Shown here piece after piece: positions 34,875 through 36,081 of a stretch of 36,081 nucleotides of DNA. The notes below the pieces were generated by a model. The model was not told where the DNA came from. It searched no databases and was given only the letters and a program-made list of their open reading frames with translations. The DNA lies in IMG/VR virus record IMGVR_UViG_3300016667_000113, positions 1 to 36,081 of that record. The stretch is one strand, 5' to 3'. Source of the DNA: a virus. Lineage: Duplodnaviria; Caudoviricetes. Each line of letters starts with the position of its first letter. The stretch's first letter is position 1. The translations under genes and the position numbers were made by a program.

Positions 34875-35108
34875 TTAAGGGTATGAGCGCACAATCAAGC
34901 TATTTTCTAGTTTTCCAATGTAGCAAGTCCCTACATTGGAGAAAATGCAACAATAAACCCGACGCCATTTGCCATTGTATCGAATCATTGTAGCCGTGGC
35001 GATTCTCTTGCCGTATCCCGTGGCCGTTTGCATCAAGCCTAAATGGTGTACCCGCATCGGTGCGTGTTTTGCTTCGCATTGTTGCCCATTAACATAGAAA
35101 AATTGCAT
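34875..35108 (-). CDS. early hypothetical protein
   Basis: MQFFYVNGQ...TATGYGKRIAT...WRRVYCCIFSNVGTCYI; AAGGGG SD. Confidence 0.7.
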   Translation of the reverse strand: MQFFYVNGQQCEAKHAPMRVHHLGLMQTATGYGKRIATATMIRYNGKWRRVYCCIFSNVGTCYIGKLENSLIVRSYP

Positions 35109-35121
35109 GATGGTTTCCCCT

Positions 35122-35214
35122 TTACATAACATCAAAGAATGACAAGACACAAGCCAGGATGACGGCCTGCGAGACAATGAAGAGAGACAGATTGACGATA
35201 GATTGTGTTTTCAT
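35122..35214 (-). CDS. 30-aa membrane peptide (missing from ORF track)
   Basis: MKTQSIVNLSLFIVSQAVILACVLSFFDVM; AAGGG SD. Confidence 0.55.
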   Translation of the reverse strand: MKTQSIVNLSLFIVSQAVILACVLSFFDVM

Positions 35215-35217
35215 GGA

Positions 35218-35346
35218 TTACCCTTTAAGCTGTTTTTCAATCCAAGACAATGCAAGCCACAGTTTAGCAAACTGATGTGGCGTGCCTGTCTCATCGGTGA
35301 CAATCCAGCCTGTCGCTGGCTTTGCTGATTTAATGGTGTATTGCAT
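35218..35346 (-). CDS. early hypothetical 42-aa protein
   Basis: MQYTIKSAKPATGW...; AAGGA SD. Confidence 0.6.
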   Translation of the reverse strand: MQYTIKSAKPATGWIVTDETGTPHQFAKLWLALSWIEKQLKG

Positions 35347-35420
35347 GGCTTGGTTTCCTTTGGTGGTGATGTTGCTGAGAGTGTAGCCCCTTGCGAGGGC
35401 TTGTGAATAGGGACAAACCC

Positions 35421-35549
35421 TTAGCGTGCTACAAAATTCTGTTCTTGTCCAATCATCTGGAAAAATTGTCCCCCGATGCGTGCAAAAACTTTTCCATTGC
35501 TGTATCGAATGGCATAGAAGCCGTTGAGTGTTCCATATTGGCAGTTCAT
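35421..35549 (-). CDS. first early gene, 42 aa (missing from ORF track)
   Basis: MNCQYGTLNGFYAIRYSNGKVFARIGGQFFQMIGQEQNFVAR; GGAG SD. Confidence 0.6.
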   Translation of the reverse strand: MNCQYGTLNGFYAIRYSNGKVFARIGGQFFQMIGQEQNFVAR

Positions 35550-35596
35550 GATGGATGCTCCAGTGTGTCACAGCGACTGTGCTGTGCCTATACCCT

Positions 35597-35612
35597 TGCA
35601 AGCACTGTGCCA
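35597..35612 (-). promoter_or_regulatory. sigma54 (RpoN) promoter at head of early operon
   Basis: - strand TGGCAC-AGTGC-TTGCA matches TGGCAC-N5-TTGCW; predicted +1 ~35586, 37 nt before first early ORF. Confidence 0.7.
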
Positions 35613-35710
35613 GCCCATATAAATTAATGCTTGAGTGTTACATTATAGACCATTTCGTGCCTTCAGTGTTACACTGCCTGGAAATGTAATACTTTTTTGT
35701 CTATTCCTAA

Positions 35711-35770
35711 GGCTCCATATTGGTGCATGAATGGCCTTGGTGCACTGCTTCGGTGCAAGACAATGCACCA
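35711..35770. promoter_or_regulatory. NtrC-type enhancer sites
   Basis: GGCTCCA-TAT-TGGTGCA (35711-35727), TGCACTG-CTT-CGGTGCA (35741-35757), extra half-sites TGGTGCA 35738 and TGCACCA 35764; consensus TGCACCA-N3-TGGTGCA. Confidence 0.6.
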
Positions 35771-35782
35771 GATTGATTAGCT

Positions 35783-35959
35783 TGTGGATAACTCAGTGAT
35801 TATGCACAAGTTATACATCTAGGCTGTGGATAACTTGGCAGATAGGTGGTTTCCCTTAGAACCTTAGTGGTGCTAAATAGGTGCTACTCCGTCCCTCATG
35901 TGTCCATCCTGTGGATAACTCATGTGACTTATACACAACAGTGAATATCCTGTGGATAA
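35783..35959. promoter_or_regulatory. cluster of six DnaA boxes
   Basis: TGTGGATAA at 35783, 35825, 35910, 35951; TTATGCACA at 35800; TTATACACA at 35929 (consensus TTATNCACA). Confidence 0.8.
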
Positions 35960-35971
35960 CTCTTGAGATAC

Positions 35972-36028
35972 TCAGTATGCTTATCATTAGAGACCTAATC
36001 ATCAGTATGCTGAACATTAGAGACCTAA
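35972..36028. repeat. 27-bp direct repeat, 30-bp period
   Basis: TCAGTATGCTtAtCATTAGAGACCTAA (35972-35998) vs TCAGTATGCTgAaCATTAGAGACCTAA (36002-36028). Confidence 0.9.
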
Positions 36029-36035
36029 GATGTAA

Positions 36036-36055
36036 GCTAGTGAGTGCTTACTAAC
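36036..36055. promoter_or_regulatory. SlmA-binding-site-like palindrome
   Basis: TA-GTGAGTGCTTAC-TA; core 10/12 to E. coli SBS GTGAGTACTCAC. Confidence 0.45.
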
Positions 36056-36081
36056 ATAGGGGGGGGGGGGGGGGGGGGGGG

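Noticed and set aside
35972-36028. Mini CRISPR array
   Set aside because: Only two repeat copies separated by 3 bp, no spacer, no cas genes
36059-36081. Terminal poly-G run as G-quadruplex or telomere-like end
   Set aside because: A pure G homopolymer at a contig end is typical of two-colour Illumina no-signal artefact; a short real G tract may underlie it but its length cannot be trusted
1-36081. tRNA genes, integrase, phage RNA polymerase, stop-codon recoding
   Set aside because: None recognised; standard-code ORFs tile the genome densely

Overview
Near-complete ~36 kb genome of a tailed dsDNA phage with podovirus-type architecture and no phage RNA polymerase or integrase, so probably lytic; a proteobacterial (possibly betaproteobacterial) host is inferred. 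The + strand (523-20179) carries terminase, portal, a collagen/S74-chaperone fibre, scaffold, major capsid, tail, ejection proteins and a GH19 lysis cassette. The - strand (35549-20211) carries small early genes, T7-like primase-helicase, a freestanding endonuclease VII, family A DNA polymerase, SSB, exonuclease, HNH, ThyX, MazG, a metallophosphoesterase and a class II ribonucleotide reductase. The arms converge on a bidirectional terminator near 20.2 kb. Four sigma70 promoters share TTGACAAA-(17 bp spacer)-TAYATT. The most striking part is the non-coding control region at 35.58-36.06 kb. It holds a consensus sigma54 promoter with NtrC-type enhancer sites pointing into the early genes, six DnaA boxes in two duplicated triplets, and an SlmA-like site, suggesting a phage that reads or titrates host nitrogen and cell-cycle regulators. 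Other highlights: an endonuclease that appears to have inserted into the 5' end of polA and supplied a recoded replacement N-terminus, a chimeric capsid/scaffold mini-ORF, a highly structured ~300 nt leader before terS, a probable ATT start codon, and shuffled small-gene cassettes whose shared 3' ends encode the next gene's RBS. All functional calls come from motif recognition by eye; no database search was run.
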